From NCBI GenBank assembly GCA_964407945.1, contig CAYOXO010000006.1, positions 3 to 64,002 on the forward strand: a stretch of 64,000 nucleotides of DNA, given 5' to 3'. The notes below the pieces were generated by a model. It saw nothing but the letters and a program-made list of their open reading frames with translations, ran no database searches and was not told the DNA's origin. Source of the stretch: an uncultured Stakelama sp. GTDB lineage: Bacteria > Pseudomonadota > Alphaproteobacteria > Sphingomonadales > Sphingomonadaceae. Shown here piece after piece: positions 9,129-19,136 of the stretch. The translations under genes and the position numbers were made by a program. How positions within the stretch are numbered: position 1 is the stretch's first letter; every line of letters begins with the position of its first letter.

Positions 9129-10352
9129 ATGCAGCGCTCTCCCCTCGCCCCGCTCGGCTTTCCCTACCTCCCTCCGATCGGCGGCGTGACGCTGCGTGTC
9201 GCGCGCGCGCACTACAAGACCTGGGACCGCTGCGACCTGACCTTCGTCACCCTGGAGGAGGGCACCAGCGTTGCAGGCGTCACCACCACCAGCAAATGCC
9301 CCTCGCCCGAAGTCGAGTGGTGCCGCGAGGCGCTGGTGCTGGGCAAGGCACGCGCGCTGGTGGTCAATGCGGGCAACAGCAACGCCTTCACCGGCAATCG
9401 CGGCCGCGCGGCGGTCGAGGCGATCGCGGCGCGGGTCGCGGGGCATCTGAACTGCCAGCCCTCGGACGTGTTCGTGTCCTCGACCGGCGTGATCGGCGTG
9501 CCGCTGCCGATCGACAAGGCCGAGGCGGGCCTCGACGCCGCTTTTGCCGCCGAACCGTGCGGCTGGGAGGATGTCGCCAAGACCATCGGCACTACCGACA
9601 CGTTCGAGAAGGGCGCCGTCACCACTGCGGTCGTCGGCGGCAAGACGGTGAGCCTGGTCGGTGTCATCAAGGGCAGCGGCATGATCGCGCCCGACATGGC
9701 GACGATGCTCGGCTATGTCTTCACCGACGCCGCGGTCGATCCGGCGTTCCTGCAGCGTGCGCTGTCCGAAGCCAATACGCGCAGTTTCTCGTGCATCACC
9801 GTCGACAGCGACACTTCGACCAGCGACACGGTTCTCGCCTTCGCCACGGGTGCGGCGGGTAACACGCCGCTGACGGACGATGACAGCGACGGTGCCGACG
9901 CCTTCCGCGCGGCCCTGTCCGACCTGTGCCTCCGCCTCGCCCATCTGGTCGTGCGCGACGGCGAGGGCGCATCCAAGTTCATCCGCATCGACGTCGACGG
10001 CGCCGAGAGCGATGCCAGCGCGCACCGCATCGCGCTCAGCGTCGCCAACTCGCCGCTGGTGAAGACTGCAATCGCGGGTGAGGACGCCAATTGGGGCCGC
10101 GTCGTCATGGCGGTGGGCAAGGCCGGCGAACCCGCAGACCGCGACCGGCTGGGCATCACCTTTGGCGGTGTGCGCGTGGCATCGGGGGGGCTTGCGGTCG
10201 AAGGCTATGACGAAGCTCCGGTCGCCGCGCATTTGAAGGGCGAGGAAATCGAGATCGGCGTCGAGCTGGGCCTGGGCGACGGCCGCGCCACGGTGTGGAC
10301 CTGCGACCTGACGCATGGCTACATCTCGATCAACGCGGACTATCGCAGCTGA
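9129..10352 (+). CDS. argJ: Bifunctional ornithine acetyltransferase / N-acetylglutamate synthase
   Basis: VVNAGNSNAFTG, KGSGMIAPDMATML autocleavage motif, DTSTSDT, WTCDLTHGYISINADYRS. Confidence 0.96.
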   Translation: MQRSPLAPLGFPYLPPIGGVTLRVARAHYKTWDRCDLTFVTLEEGTSVAGVTTTSKCPSPEVEWCREALVLGKARALVVNAGNSNAFTGNRGRAAVEAIAARVAGHLNCQPSDVFVSSTGVIGVPLPIDKAEAGLDAAFAAEPCGWEDVAKTIGTTDTFEKGAVTTAVVGGKTVSLVGVIKGSGMIAPDMATMLGYVFTDAAVDPAFLQRALSEANTRSFSCITVDSDTSTSDTVLAFATGAAGNTPLTDDDSDGADAFRAALSDLCLRLAHLVVRDGEGASKFIRIDVDGAESDASAHRIALSVANSPLVKTAIAGEDANWGRVVMAVGKAGEPADRDRLGITFGGVRVASGGLAVEGYDEAPVAAHLKGEEIEIGVELGLGDGRATVWTCDLTHGYISINADYRS

Positions 10353-10465
10353 GGTCGGCGGTTACCTGAACCTAAGATAAGCCTGCCGTCGCTTCGGGTT
10401 CAGACCCGATGGCGTACCCAGAGTTGTCGCCCGTCGCAGGACGGGCATGATCTTGGAGAGCAGAC

Positions 10466-10792
10466 ATGCGAATCTTGATTCTTGCAGCGACGCTGGGCGC
10501 CAGCGTGCTCGCAACCACCGCTCCGGCCAACGCGCAATATTATGGCTCCAGGCACCGCGAGGTCCGTCAGGAGCAGCGCGAATGCCAGCGCGAGTTGCGC
10601 CACGCCCGCAACCGCTACGAATATCGCCGCGAGCTGCGCGAATGCCGCCGTGAGATTTCCCGAGCCCGCGCCGGCTATCGCGACCATGACCGCTGGAATC
10701 GCTGGGATGACCGTCGCGACCGGCACTGGCGCGACCGCCATGACCGGTACGATCGCTACGGCAGGTACGACCGCTATGGTCGCCGTTACTGA
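10466..10792 (+). CDS. Secreted Arg/Asp/Tyr-rich small protein
   Basis: RBS GGAGAG, signal peptide ending ANA-Q, low-complexity RYDRYG repeats. Confidence 0.75.
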   Translation: MRILILAATLGASVLATTAPANAQYYGSRHREVRQEQRECQRELRHARNRYEYRRELRECRREISRARAGYRDHDRWNRWDDRRDRHWRDRHDRYDRYGRYDRYGRRY

Positions 10793-10800
10793 CGGCTGAA

Positions 10801-10842
10801 ATGAAGACGGGCGGAACCGCGTCGGCTCCGCCCGTCTTTCAT
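10801..10842. terminator. Hairpin terminator between convergent genes
   Basis: AAGACGGGCGGA...TCCGCCCGTCTT(T). Confidence 0.7.
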
Positions 10843-10872
10843 GCCGATGGCGCCGGATATGGGCGCAGCCCG

Positions 10873-11490
10873 CTAGAATTGGGGCCGGATCAAAAGGTCG
10901 GCACCGGCATATCCCGAGGTTTCATGGATTTTCCGGGCGCCGACCACGCGATTCACCAGAACCTCGTGTTGCGACGCGCCCATATGGCCGTACTGGCCCT
11001 TGCGCGCCGTTTTCCTGCCGATGAACTCGATCATGAAAACGCGGGTCTTGCCTGAATCGTCGGGACGTAACAGGGCCTTCGTGTTCGCGTCGTAGACCGT
11101 GCGCTCGTCAAACTCCAACCAGACATGATCCGATGGCTCGCGAAACGGCGGGCCCTTGGGGGTGCCTTCGATCAGCAACTGACCTTCGAACTCGTCGAAA
11201 TAGACGCCGTTGAAGCGCCGCGCAGGTCCAAAATCCAGGCAGTCGCGATCAGGGAGGGAGCTAGAGACTTGGGTTCCGGACGGCAATGTCTCGAGCGGCA
11301 GCGCGCAACGGCGATAGGGGTCGTAGCCAAGGACAAGACGCGCCATGCGGTCCCATCCCACGGCCACGGCACGCGGGGCGCGACCGCTATACGTCCATTG
11401 ATCGAAAGCCCAATAGGCGAGCGGGATCGCGAGCACCGCTACAGCGATACCCGCGACCCAGCGACGCGTCAGACGACGCTTTCGATCCAT
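10873..11490 (-). CDS. Hypothetical membrane-anchored protein
   Basis: N-terminal TM segment (WVAGIAVAVLAIPLAYWAF); start overlaps the trxA 3' end; FIGRKTARKGQYGHMG motif. Confidence 0.6.
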   Translation of the reverse strand: MDRKRRLTRRWVAGIAVAVLAIPLAYWAFDQWTYSGRAPRAVAVGWDRMARLVLGYDPYRRCALPLETLPSGTQVSSSLPDRDCLDFGPARRFNGVYFDEFEGQLLIEGTPKGPPFREPSDHVWLEFDERTVYDANTKALLRPDDSGKTRVFMIEFIGRKTARKGQYGHMGASQHEVLVNRVVGARKIHETSGYAGADLLIRPQF

Positions 11491-11795
11491 GCCTTGAGCT
11501 TGGACTTGGTCGAGATGTCCTGAATGCCGACCTGCTGCGCGATCTTCTGCCCGTCCTTGTAGACGAACAGAGTCGGGATGCCACGGATGCCGAGGCTGCC
11601 CGGCGTGTCCGGATTCTCCTCGATATTGAGCTTGGTGATCGTCACCTTGTCGGCCAGTTCCTCGGCCAGCTCTTCCAGGCTCGGCCCGATGATCTTGCAC
11701 GGCCCGCACCACTCGGCCCAGAAATCGACGAGGACGGGCTTGTCCGACTGAAGAACGTCGGCTTCGAAGCTTGCATCGGTAACGGCCTTGGCCAT
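11469..11795 (-). CDS. trxA: Thioredoxin
   Basis: VLVDFWAEWCGPCK; directly downstream of addA. Confidence 0.96.
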   Translation of the reverse strand: MAKAVTDASFEADVLQSDKPVLVDFWAEWCGPCKIIGPSLEELAEELADKVTITKLNIEENPDTPGSLGIRGIPTLFVYKDGQKIAQQVGIQDISTKSKLKAWIESVV

Positions 11796-11855
11796 TTCAA
11801 AATCTCCTTTGTGTTGGCGATAACCTAGGGAGGCGCCCTCGCCCCCTCAAGCGTT

Positions 11856-14800
11856 TCAGATCAAGCTTTGCTCCGCCGGCGCGAAGCCGGGCTTGTGCGT
11901 AGCGAGAAGATCGTCGGGCAGCGCATAGAGCACCGGTCCGGCCGTGTAGAGCAGGCCCGAAACCACCTGTCGCCCTGGAAAGACAACCTCCAGCGCGGCG
12001 ACATAGGCGGCCATCTGGCGCACATGATAGGGCGGCACCGCGTCGAGCGTTTCCGGCGCGCGGCGGCCGGTCTTGAAATCTACCACCAAGACGCTGTCGT
12101 CGGTCACAAGCAGGCGATCGGCGGTGCCGGACACGACGTGCCCGCCGGCAACCACCGCGGCAATCGGTGCCTCGGCCAGCGCGTCCGGGCCGAACAGCTC
12201 AGCGAAATCCGGATCGGCCAATACACCCAGTGCCGCATCGGCGAGTTCATCGCGCATCGCGGGGTCGGCAACACCCCCAGCCCCCGCCAGCCAGCGTTCG
12301 GCGGCATCGGCGCGCCGGTCGACCGCCACGGCAGGCAAGCGCTCAAGCAGGGCATGGATCAGCCGTCCACGTTCCGCCGCCGCGCGCAGCACCGGTCCCG
12401 GCGGCGGGTCGCTGACCAGATCCTCGCCCAGCGACGATGGCGCAAGCGGCCGGGGCGGACGCGCCTCGACCGGGGCGGGCAGCTTTGCCCAGCCCGGCAG
12501 TTCCGCCACAGCATCGATCACCGCAGCGCCGCGCGGCTTGCGCGCGACCGGCGGCTGCGGGCGGATGCCGGTGAAGCTGCGATCGCCCTCCCCCTCCTCG
12601 ATCCCCAGCGCATCGAACGCCGCACGGGAGGCCGCATACCAGCTGGCGAGCGGAGCTTCACCCTTTGCCCGTGGCCCCAATGCGCCCGCAATCACCAGAC
12701 GCTCCTCGGCGCGGGTGGCGGCGACGTAGAAGAGCCGCCAATGCTCCTCCAACTCGCGCGCATCGACTTGCGCCACAGCGGCATCGACCGGCCCGCCACG
12801 CTCGGTCCTGCCGGGGCGGAACACCGGGAACGCCGCGCCGTCATGATCCTCCGGCACCCATTTCACGAAATCGCCGCGATTGCCGCCCTGCGGATCGGCG
12901 GTGGCGTCCGCCAGGATCACCAAGGGTGCCTGAAGCCCCTTGGCGCCGTGCGCGGTCATCACCCGCACCGCGTCCTGCGGCTGCGCAGCGTCGCGCACGA
13001 TCTCGACATCGCCGCGGTCGAACCAGTCGAGGAAGCGCTGCAGCGTAGGCGTTGCCAGCCCCTCGAACCCGAGCGCCGCAGTCAGCAGTTCCTCGACCGG
13101 ATCGAGCGCTTCCTTGCCCAGCCGCCGCAACAGCTTGCGCCGCCCGTCCATTTCGCCCGACAGGATCGTCTCGAGGAACCGGTGCGGCGTCATCAGGTCG
13201 GCGCGCGCAAGCAGGCCGTAGAGCGGTGCGAGCCGCTCGTCGCTCTGCGTCGCGCGCAGATGCCGCCACAGGCTGCCACGCTCGCGCAAGGCCGCGTGCA
13301 TCAGTTCGTCCTGCGTCCATCCGATCAGCGGTGATACCAGCAGCGCGGCGAGCGAGAGATCGTCATCCGGCTGCAACGCGAAGCGCACCGCCGCGAGCAG
13401 ATCCTGCACCGCCAGCGGTGCGTTGAGACGCAAGCGATCGACGCCTGCCACCGGCACCCCCTCGGCATGCAGCCGCGCGACCAGCAGCGACGCGAGCTCG
13501 CCGCGCCGCTTGACCAGGATCATCACATCCTCGGGCCGCAGCGTCCGGCCCTTGCTCTCCAGCTCGAGCGTGCCGATCCAGCCACTGATCTGACGTGCGA
13601 TGCGATTGGCGACCTCACGCGTTGCGTCGTCGATCCAGCCTTCTTCATCCTCCGGGTCGCCGCCTGCAACAACCGGCGGCCACAGCGTCACCGTGCCGGG
13701 ACCGGCGACGCGGCTGGCATGCGTTTCGGACTCGGTTCCCATTCCCGGTTCAGGCAAGGCCGCGACAGCCGCATCGACGAACTCGAGGATCGGCGCGGTC
13801 GAGCGGAACGAGTGGGTCAATGACAGGCGCTCGAGCGTGCCATCGGAACGCGCGGCGAAATGCCTTTCCGCCGCAACGAAGTTGATCGGATCGGTACCCT
13901 GAAAGCCGAAGATCGCCTGCTTGTGATCCCCGACGGTGAACAGCGTGCGCACCTCCTCGCCATGCGCGCCCTCGCCCGCGAAGAACTCGTCGGCCAGCGC
14001 CCTGACGATGCGCCATTGCGCGATATTGGTGTCCTGCGCCTCGTCGATCAGGATGTGGCTGGTCGCCTGATCGAGCTTGAAGCGAATCCAGTCGCCCATT
14101 CCCGGCTGGTCGAGCAGCGCCACCGTCTTGCCGATCAGGTCGTCGAAATCGACGGCCCCCGCGCGGCGCTTGGCGGTCTGGTAGGCCGCGGCATAGTCGC
14201 GCCCGGCGGTCAGCCCCTGCGCGAGCAGATCGGCATAGCCCGCACGCGCAATCATCCCGACAACGGCGATACAGGCTTCGCCCAATTCAGCGGCCAGGGT
14301 CTCGTAGTCCGGGTCGATCGCGGCAAGCTTGGGCGACACCTTCTTGGGCTCGTCCTTGGCGGTCAGCACGATCTTGCGCAACTCGCCCAGCATCGCCACG
14401 CGCGCCGCCGGTTCTGCGGCAAGCCATGCGCCCGCGACCGCAGCATTCTCCTGTCCCGTCGCCGTGCCCCAGGCGTGATTGGTGTCGGCGATCCGCCGCA
14501 CCCCCTCGACATCGAATGCATCGTCCGCGCACCAGCGCGCGGCTTCCTCCAGTACATCGCCCTGCGGCAGACCCATTGCCCGCCGCAGCCACGGCTGCAC
14601 ACCCGACGGCAGCGCAGCCATCGCATCAGGAGCCTTGGCGCAGGCGTGCAGAAACGCCTCGGCCTTGCCCTCACCCAGCCTCAAACTCAGCGCGCCGACC
14701 GCATCGATCAGCGCCTCCCGCCCTTCGCGCCCGGCATCGGCCAGCATCGCCGCCAGCGTGTCCCGCGCCAGCGCCGTCTCCTCGCGCGCCTCGAGCGGCC

Positions 14801-15254
14801 GGAAGCCCGGCGTCAGCCCCGCCTCGACCGGGAACGCCGAGAGCAGGGTCTGGCAGAAGCTGTGGATCGTCTGGATGCGCAGTCCGCCGCCCGGCGCATC
14901 GAGTACCTTGGCGAACAGCGTGCGGGCCATCGCGCGCGTTTCCGGCCCATAATCCTCGCCCAGCGCCTCAAGGTCAGCGACCAGTTCCCTGTCGGGTGCC
15001 CGCACCCAATGTGCCAGCCGCTCGCTTACCCGCGCCGCCATCTCTGCGGCGCCCGCCTTGGTGAAGGTCAGGCACAGGATCGCGCCGGGATCGACCCCGC
15101 GCAGCAACAGGCGGAATACGCGCGCCGCCAGCACCTGGGTCTTGCCGGTCCCGGCGGAAGCAGACAGCCACACGCTGGCCCCCGGGCTGGACGCCGCAGC
15201 CTGATTGCCCGCCAGCGGCGGGAGCGCACCGGTGCTAGCGCCGCTCACGGCCAT
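11856..15254 (-). CDS. addA: Double-strand break repair helicase/nuclease AddA
   Basis: ASAGTGKT Walker A, LIDEAQDT, MTAHGAKGLQ, YVAATRAE, C-terminal ADRL...VDFKTG nuclease. Confidence 0.96.
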   Translation of the reverse strand: MAVSGASTGALPPLAGNQAAASSPGASVWLSASAGTGKTQVLAARVFRLLLRGVDPGAILCLTFTKAGAAEMAARVSERLAHWVRAPDRELVADLEALGEDYGPETRAMARTLFAKVLDAPGGGLRIQTIHSFCQTLLSAFPVEAGLTPGFRPLEAREETALARDTLAAMLADAGREGREALIDAVGALSLRLGEGKAEAFLHACAKAPDAMAALPSGVQPWLRRAMGLPQGDVLEEAARWCADDAFDVEGVRRIADTNHAWGTATGQENAAVAGAWLAAEPAARVAMLGELRKIVLTAKDEPKKVSPKLAAIDPDYETLAAELGEACIAVVGMIARAGYADLLAQGLTAGRDYAAAYQTAKRRAGAVDFDDLIGKTVALLDQPGMGDWIRFKLDQATSHILIDEAQDTNIAQWRIVRALADEFFAGEGAHGEEVRTLFTVGDHKQAIFGFQGTDPINFVAAERHFAARSDGTLERLSLTHSFRSTAPILEFVDAAVAALPEPGMGTESETHASRVAGPGTVTLWPPVVAGGDPEDEEGWIDDATREVANRIARQISGWIGTLELESKGRTLRPEDVMILVKRRGELASLLVARLHAEGVPVAGVDRLRLNAPLAVQDLLAAVRFALQPDDDLSLAALLVSPLIGWTQDELMHAALRERGSLWRHLRATQSDERLAPLYGLLARADLMTPHRFLETILSGEMDGRRKLLRRLGKEALDPVEELLTAALGFEGLATPTLQRFLDWFDRGDVEIVRDAAQPQDAVRVMTAHGAKGLQAPLVILADATADPQGGNRGDFVKWVPEDHDGAAFPVFRPGRTERGGPVDAAVAQVDARELEEHWRLFYVAATRAEERLVIAGALGPRAKGEAPLASWYAASRAAFDALGIEEGEGDRSFTGIRPQPPVARKPRGAAVIDAVAELPGWAKLPAPVEARPPRPLAPSSLGEDLVSDPPPGPVLRAAAERGRLIHALLERLPAVAVDRRADAAERWLAGAGGVADPAMRDELADAALGVLADPDFAELFGPDALAEAPIAAVVAGGHVVSGTADRLLVTDDSVLVVDFKTGRRAPETLDAVPPYHVRQMAAYVAALEVVFPGRQVVSGLLYTAGPVLYALPDDLLATHKPGFAPAEQSLI

Positions 15255-18174
15255 ACCATTCGTCGCGGCGCATCAGCTGATCATAGTCGGCATATGGCGC
15301 ATATTCGGGGTGGAGCTTGGCAATGAAGGGCGCATCTCCAGTCAGATAGGCACGCGCGGTCTCGGTGAAATTCTCTGCTGCGGTCGGCACGAACTCGTCG
15401 GGCAGCATCTTGCCGTATTTGCCCGCCGCATCGACCGGCGACTGGACATAGCCGAACTCCCCGCCCTTGCGCGCCAGCGACCAATATTCAAACGCGCTCG
15501 CCCGACCGGAAATGCCCTGGAACCCGCCGCGTTCGGCGATCAGTCCGAGCAAGCCGAGCTGAAGGCTGTATCCCGCACGCACCGCCTTGGTGCTGGGCGG
15601 CTGCCCGGTCTTGTAGTCGACCACCCCCAGCGTGCCGTCGCCCATCGCGTCGATGCGGTCGAACTTACCCTTGAGCGTCACGCCGGCAAAGTCGATCGCT
15701 CCCTCCTGCTCCACCGCCAGAACGCGACGTTGCGGACGCGCCTCGATCTCGCGAACGATCCAGCGCACTGCCTCGATCAGCCGGGGCTGCCACAACGCGC
15801 GCATCATCGGATGCGCCTGGGAAAGCATCACCAGCACCCGCGGTTCCAGCGCCTCGGGATCGCACGCGTCGAGCTTCGCCCATTTCTCCAGCACGTCATG
15901 CACCGCCGTGCCGCGCCACGCCGCACTGGGATCGGCATCGACCGGATCGAGCTGACGCAGCCGCAACATGCGCTTGGCATAAAAGGCATAGGGATCGGCC
16001 TTGAGCCGATCGACATCGGTGACCGGGATCGTGCGCGGGCGGATCGCGGCGGGCGGGCACGGCTCGGGCCGCGACGCGGGTTCGTAAGCCCCCGGATCGT
16101 CAATCACGCGCGCCCAGCTTTCCAGCACCTCCGCGCGTTCCAGGCCGCCTGACAGCGCCTCCAGCCGCAGCCAGAAGCGCGAGGCGATGGTCGGCGCCCC
16201 GGCATCGCGCTTCGCCCGCGTCAGCAACACTTCGCGTGCACCAAGACCCATTGCCAGATCATGCGCGGACAGGCCGATGCGCCGCTCCAGTCCGGGCAAG
16301 CCGAGTTCGGAGCGAATGCGCGGGGCGAGCCACGGATCGGGCGCGGGCAAACCCGGCCAGACACCCTCGTTCAGCCCGCCCAGCACCAGGAAGTCGGCGG
16401 TCTGCAGCCGCGCCTCGATCAGGCCGTAGATCGCGAGCCGCGGATGCCCGCCTTGCGGCGGCCGCACCGCCACCTCATCCATCAAGGTGCGCAAGATCGC
16501 GGCGAGACTCCCGGGCTCGACCAGCGCCGGGCCATATGCTGCCACACGCTCCAGATCGTCGAGCAACGCCGCCGCAGCACGACCGTCGGCACGTGACCAC
16601 AGCGCCTCACCGCAGAGCATGGATGCGGTCTCACGCAACTGTGCCAGCAGCGCGGCCAGTGGCGCCGCGCCCCCTGCATAGAGCGCTTCAAGCGGCGCAA
16701 GCATGGGTGCAATCTCACGCCACCAGCCCAGCGCAGAGCGGCGGATATGCGCGTCATAACCTTCATCGTTTGCGAGGTGCGCGTCGATCCCTGCCAGCCC
16801 CGCCGCAGGCCGCGGTCCACGCAATGCTAGATCAAGCGCCCTCGCCCCTTCCAGCCACACCAGCCGGTCATCGCCCGCCGCGACCAGCGGGTGTTTGAGC
16901 AAGGCCAGCAACGCGAGCGGTGCAAAGGCCTGCGCACCAGCTTCCGCCAATGCGAGCAGCAGCGTGCCCGGGGGGAGGCTCGCGAGCGCCACACCTGCCG
17001 AATCGTCGATCGTCAGCCCCCAGCGGGCACAGTGCGCGGCGACACGCTTCGCCAGTGCGCGATCGGGCGTCACCAATGCCGCCGTGCGCCCCTCTGTTTC
17101 CAGCGCTTCGCGCAATGCCAGCGCTATCGCCTGCGCCTCCTCCGCAGGTGTCGCAACTTCAAGTCCGCGCACCTCCGCGAGCCGACGCTCCGCAGCGGGC
17201 AGATCGCTCCAGCCTCGGGTCAGCTCCGCAGGCATCATTGCGCTGGCGATGGCCCTGCTGCGCGCAGGCGGTGCATCGAGCTCGGTCGCGACACGCCATG
17301 GCTCGATCTCGCCGCGCTGCACGCCCATTCGATCGATCAACAGCTTGAGATGGAATTGAGGATGAGTCTCGAGCGAACGCTTTCGCCGCCCGGTCGCCTG
17401 ATCCACCTCGAACGGCCCCAGCATCGCCCATTCAGCCTCGCCCATCGCCAGATCGACGCCGGGGAAGATCACCATGCCGCCCGGTAGCCCGGCCACGACG
17501 CGCAACAGCCGTGCGATAGCGGGGGCGGAAGTGGTGATGCCCGCCGCGCAGATGAACCGGTCGGGCGGATCTTGCCGCCACCGCTCGGAAACCCGGTCGA
17601 GCAACCGGTTGCGTCGCTCAGCAAGGTCGATCCGGCCCAGCCTTTCAAGCTCCTGCGGCCATTTGCCGAGGACAATCTCGAACAGGTCGAGCGAGCGTTG
17701 CCAATGCTCGGACAGCTCGCCGACGGCTACGTCGCGCATCCGCCGTGGGTCGATCTCCTCGATGAGCAGCTGGTCGAGCGTGCGCCCCAGCTCACCTGCC
17801 AGCCGCACTGCCTCAGCCGCATCGATCCCCGGCTGCCCGGACTGCACCAGCCTTGCCAGAATCAGTCGACGTTGCAGAGGATCGACTGCCGGCGGGATCG
17901 GATCCTCGTCATCGACCGGATCGAGAAATGGCCCAGCCGCCTCGTCAAGCTCGGGATCACCAACCGCAACCAGCCGCGGCAGCAATAGCCCGCCGCCGCT
18001 TGCGCGCACGAAGGCGTCGGTGATCGCCTTCTTCGCACGATTGGTCGGCACCAGCACGATCCCGCGCGCCAGCCGCAACGGATCGCCGCCAAAGCGACGG
18101 ATCAACCCTTGCGCTAGCGCATCGGCAAAGGCCCGATGCGGCGGGATCGTGTAGAGATTGAGGCGTGCGGCCAT
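15235..18174 (-). CDS. addB: Double-strand break repair protein AddB
   Basis: YTIPPHRAFADALA N-terminus, DPYAFYA, GKFDRID...VDYKTG nuclease; adjacent to addA. Confidence 0.95.
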   Translation of the reverse strand: MAARLNLYTIPPHRAFADALAQGLIRRFGGDPLRLARGIVLVPTNRAKKAITDAFVRASGGGLLLPRLVAVGDPELDEAAGPFLDPVDDEDPIPPAVDPLQRRLILARLVQSGQPGIDAAEAVRLAGELGRTLDQLLIEEIDPRRMRDVAVGELSEHWQRSLDLFEIVLGKWPQELERLGRIDLAERRNRLLDRVSERWRQDPPDRFICAAGITTSAPAIARLLRVVAGLPGGMVIFPGVDLAMGEAEWAMLGPFEVDQATGRRKRSLETHPQFHLKLLIDRMGVQRGEIEPWRVATELDAPPARSRAIASAMMPAELTRGWSDLPAAERRLAEVRGLEVATPAEEAQAIALALREALETEGRTAALVTPDRALAKRVAAHCARWGLTIDDSAGVALASLPPGTLLLALAEAGAQAFAPLALLALLKHPLVAAGDDRLVWLEGARALDLALRGPRPAAGLAGIDAHLANDEGYDAHIRRSALGWWREIAPMLAPLEALYAGGAAPLAALLAQLRETASMLCGEALWSRADGRAAAALLDDLERVAAYGPALVEPGSLAAILRTLMDEVAVRPPQGGHPRLAIYGLIEARLQTADFLVLGGLNEGVWPGLPAPDPWLAPRIRSELGLPGLERRIGLSAHDLAMGLGAREVLLTRAKRDAGAPTIASRFWLRLEALSGGLERAEVLESWARVIDDPGAYEPASRPEPCPPAAIRPRTIPVTDVDRLKADPYAFYAKRMLRLRQLDPVDADPSAAWRGTAVHDVLEKWAKLDACDPEALEPRVLVMLSQAHPMMRALWQPRLIEAVRWIVREIEARPQRRVLAVEQEGAIDFAGVTLKGKFDRIDAMGDGTLGVVDYKTGQPPSTKAVRAGYSLQLGLLGLIAERGGFQGISGRASAFEYWSLARKGGEFGYVQSPVDAAGKYGKMLPDEFVPTAAENFTETARAYLTGDAPFIAKLHPEYAPYADYDQLMRRDEWYGRERR

Positions 18175-18265
18175 TCCGGTCTCGTTCCCCTCCGGCCGGA
18201 GGGTTTGTCGACCGGAACCGTAGCGAGGCCACGCGCGGTTCGACAAGGCGATTATCGCGCGAGAT

Positions 18266-18991
18266 CTACATCGCCGCGCCCGCTGGACGAACGATCACCT
18301 CGTTGACATCGACGCCCGCCGGCTGCTCGACCGCGTAACGGATCGCTCTGGCGATGGCGTCCGGATTCAGCGACCGGGCACGCCATTGCTGCAGCCCCGC
18401 CGCGACCTGAGGATCGGTGATGTCATGCCCCAGCTCGGTCGCGACCACGCCGGGCGAAATGATCGTTGCACGGACGTCGTCATGCTCTTGTCGCAGGCCC
18501 TCGGTGATCGCCCAGACGGCATATTTGGTGGCGCAGTAGACCGCGCCGGTCGGCACGACGAGATGCGCGCCCACCGAAGCCACGTTGACGACATGTCCGC
18601 TCTGCTGAGCGACAAAGCGCGGCAGCACCGCGGCGATTCCATTGAGTACGCCGTGAATGTTGACGTCGATCATCCGCGCCCATTCGTCGCGCTTCAGCGC
18701 GGCGAGCGGCGACAACGGCATCACCCCCGCGTTGTTGACCAGGACATCGATCCGGCCGAACCGCTCTTGCGCCTCGGCCGCGAATGCTTCGAAGCTCTGC
18801 GGGTCCGTCACGTCCAGCTCAGACGCCGCCACGTTCGGGCCGAGTTCCTCGGCGAGACGCCTGAGCCGGTCGATCCGGCGCGCGCCGATCAGCAATCTCG
18901 CGCCGCCAGCCGCCAATTCACGCGCCGCGGCCTCGCCGATGCCGCTCGACGCCCCCGTGATGAGAATGGTCTTTTCACTGATCCCGGTCAT
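18266..18991 (-). CDS. Short-chain dehydrogenase/reductase
   Basis: ITGASSGIG, VNNAG and YCATK motifs. Confidence 0.93.
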   Translation of the reverse strand: MTGISEKTILITGASSGIGEAAARELAAGGARLLIGARRIDRLRRLAEELGPNVAASELDVTDPQSFEAFAAEAQERFGRIDVLVNNAGVMPLSPLAALKRDEWARMIDVNIHGVLNGIAAVLPRFVAQQSGHVVNVASVGAHLVVPTGAVYCATKYAVWAITEGLRQEHDDVRATIISPGVVATELGHDITDPQVAAGLQQWRARSLNPDAIARAIRYAVEQPAGVDVNEVIVRPAGAAM

Positions 18992-19136
18992 GGTCGGTCC
19001 TTTCATCATTGCGCTGCCGCAAATGGGCCCGATCCCGCCGCAACCGTTAGGCCGATCCCCCGAAGAGTTTGCACGATCCTCCAGAATCGACATCGAGACG
19101 CTTGCAGCCATCACCTGCCGGGTGGAAATGGGAAAC

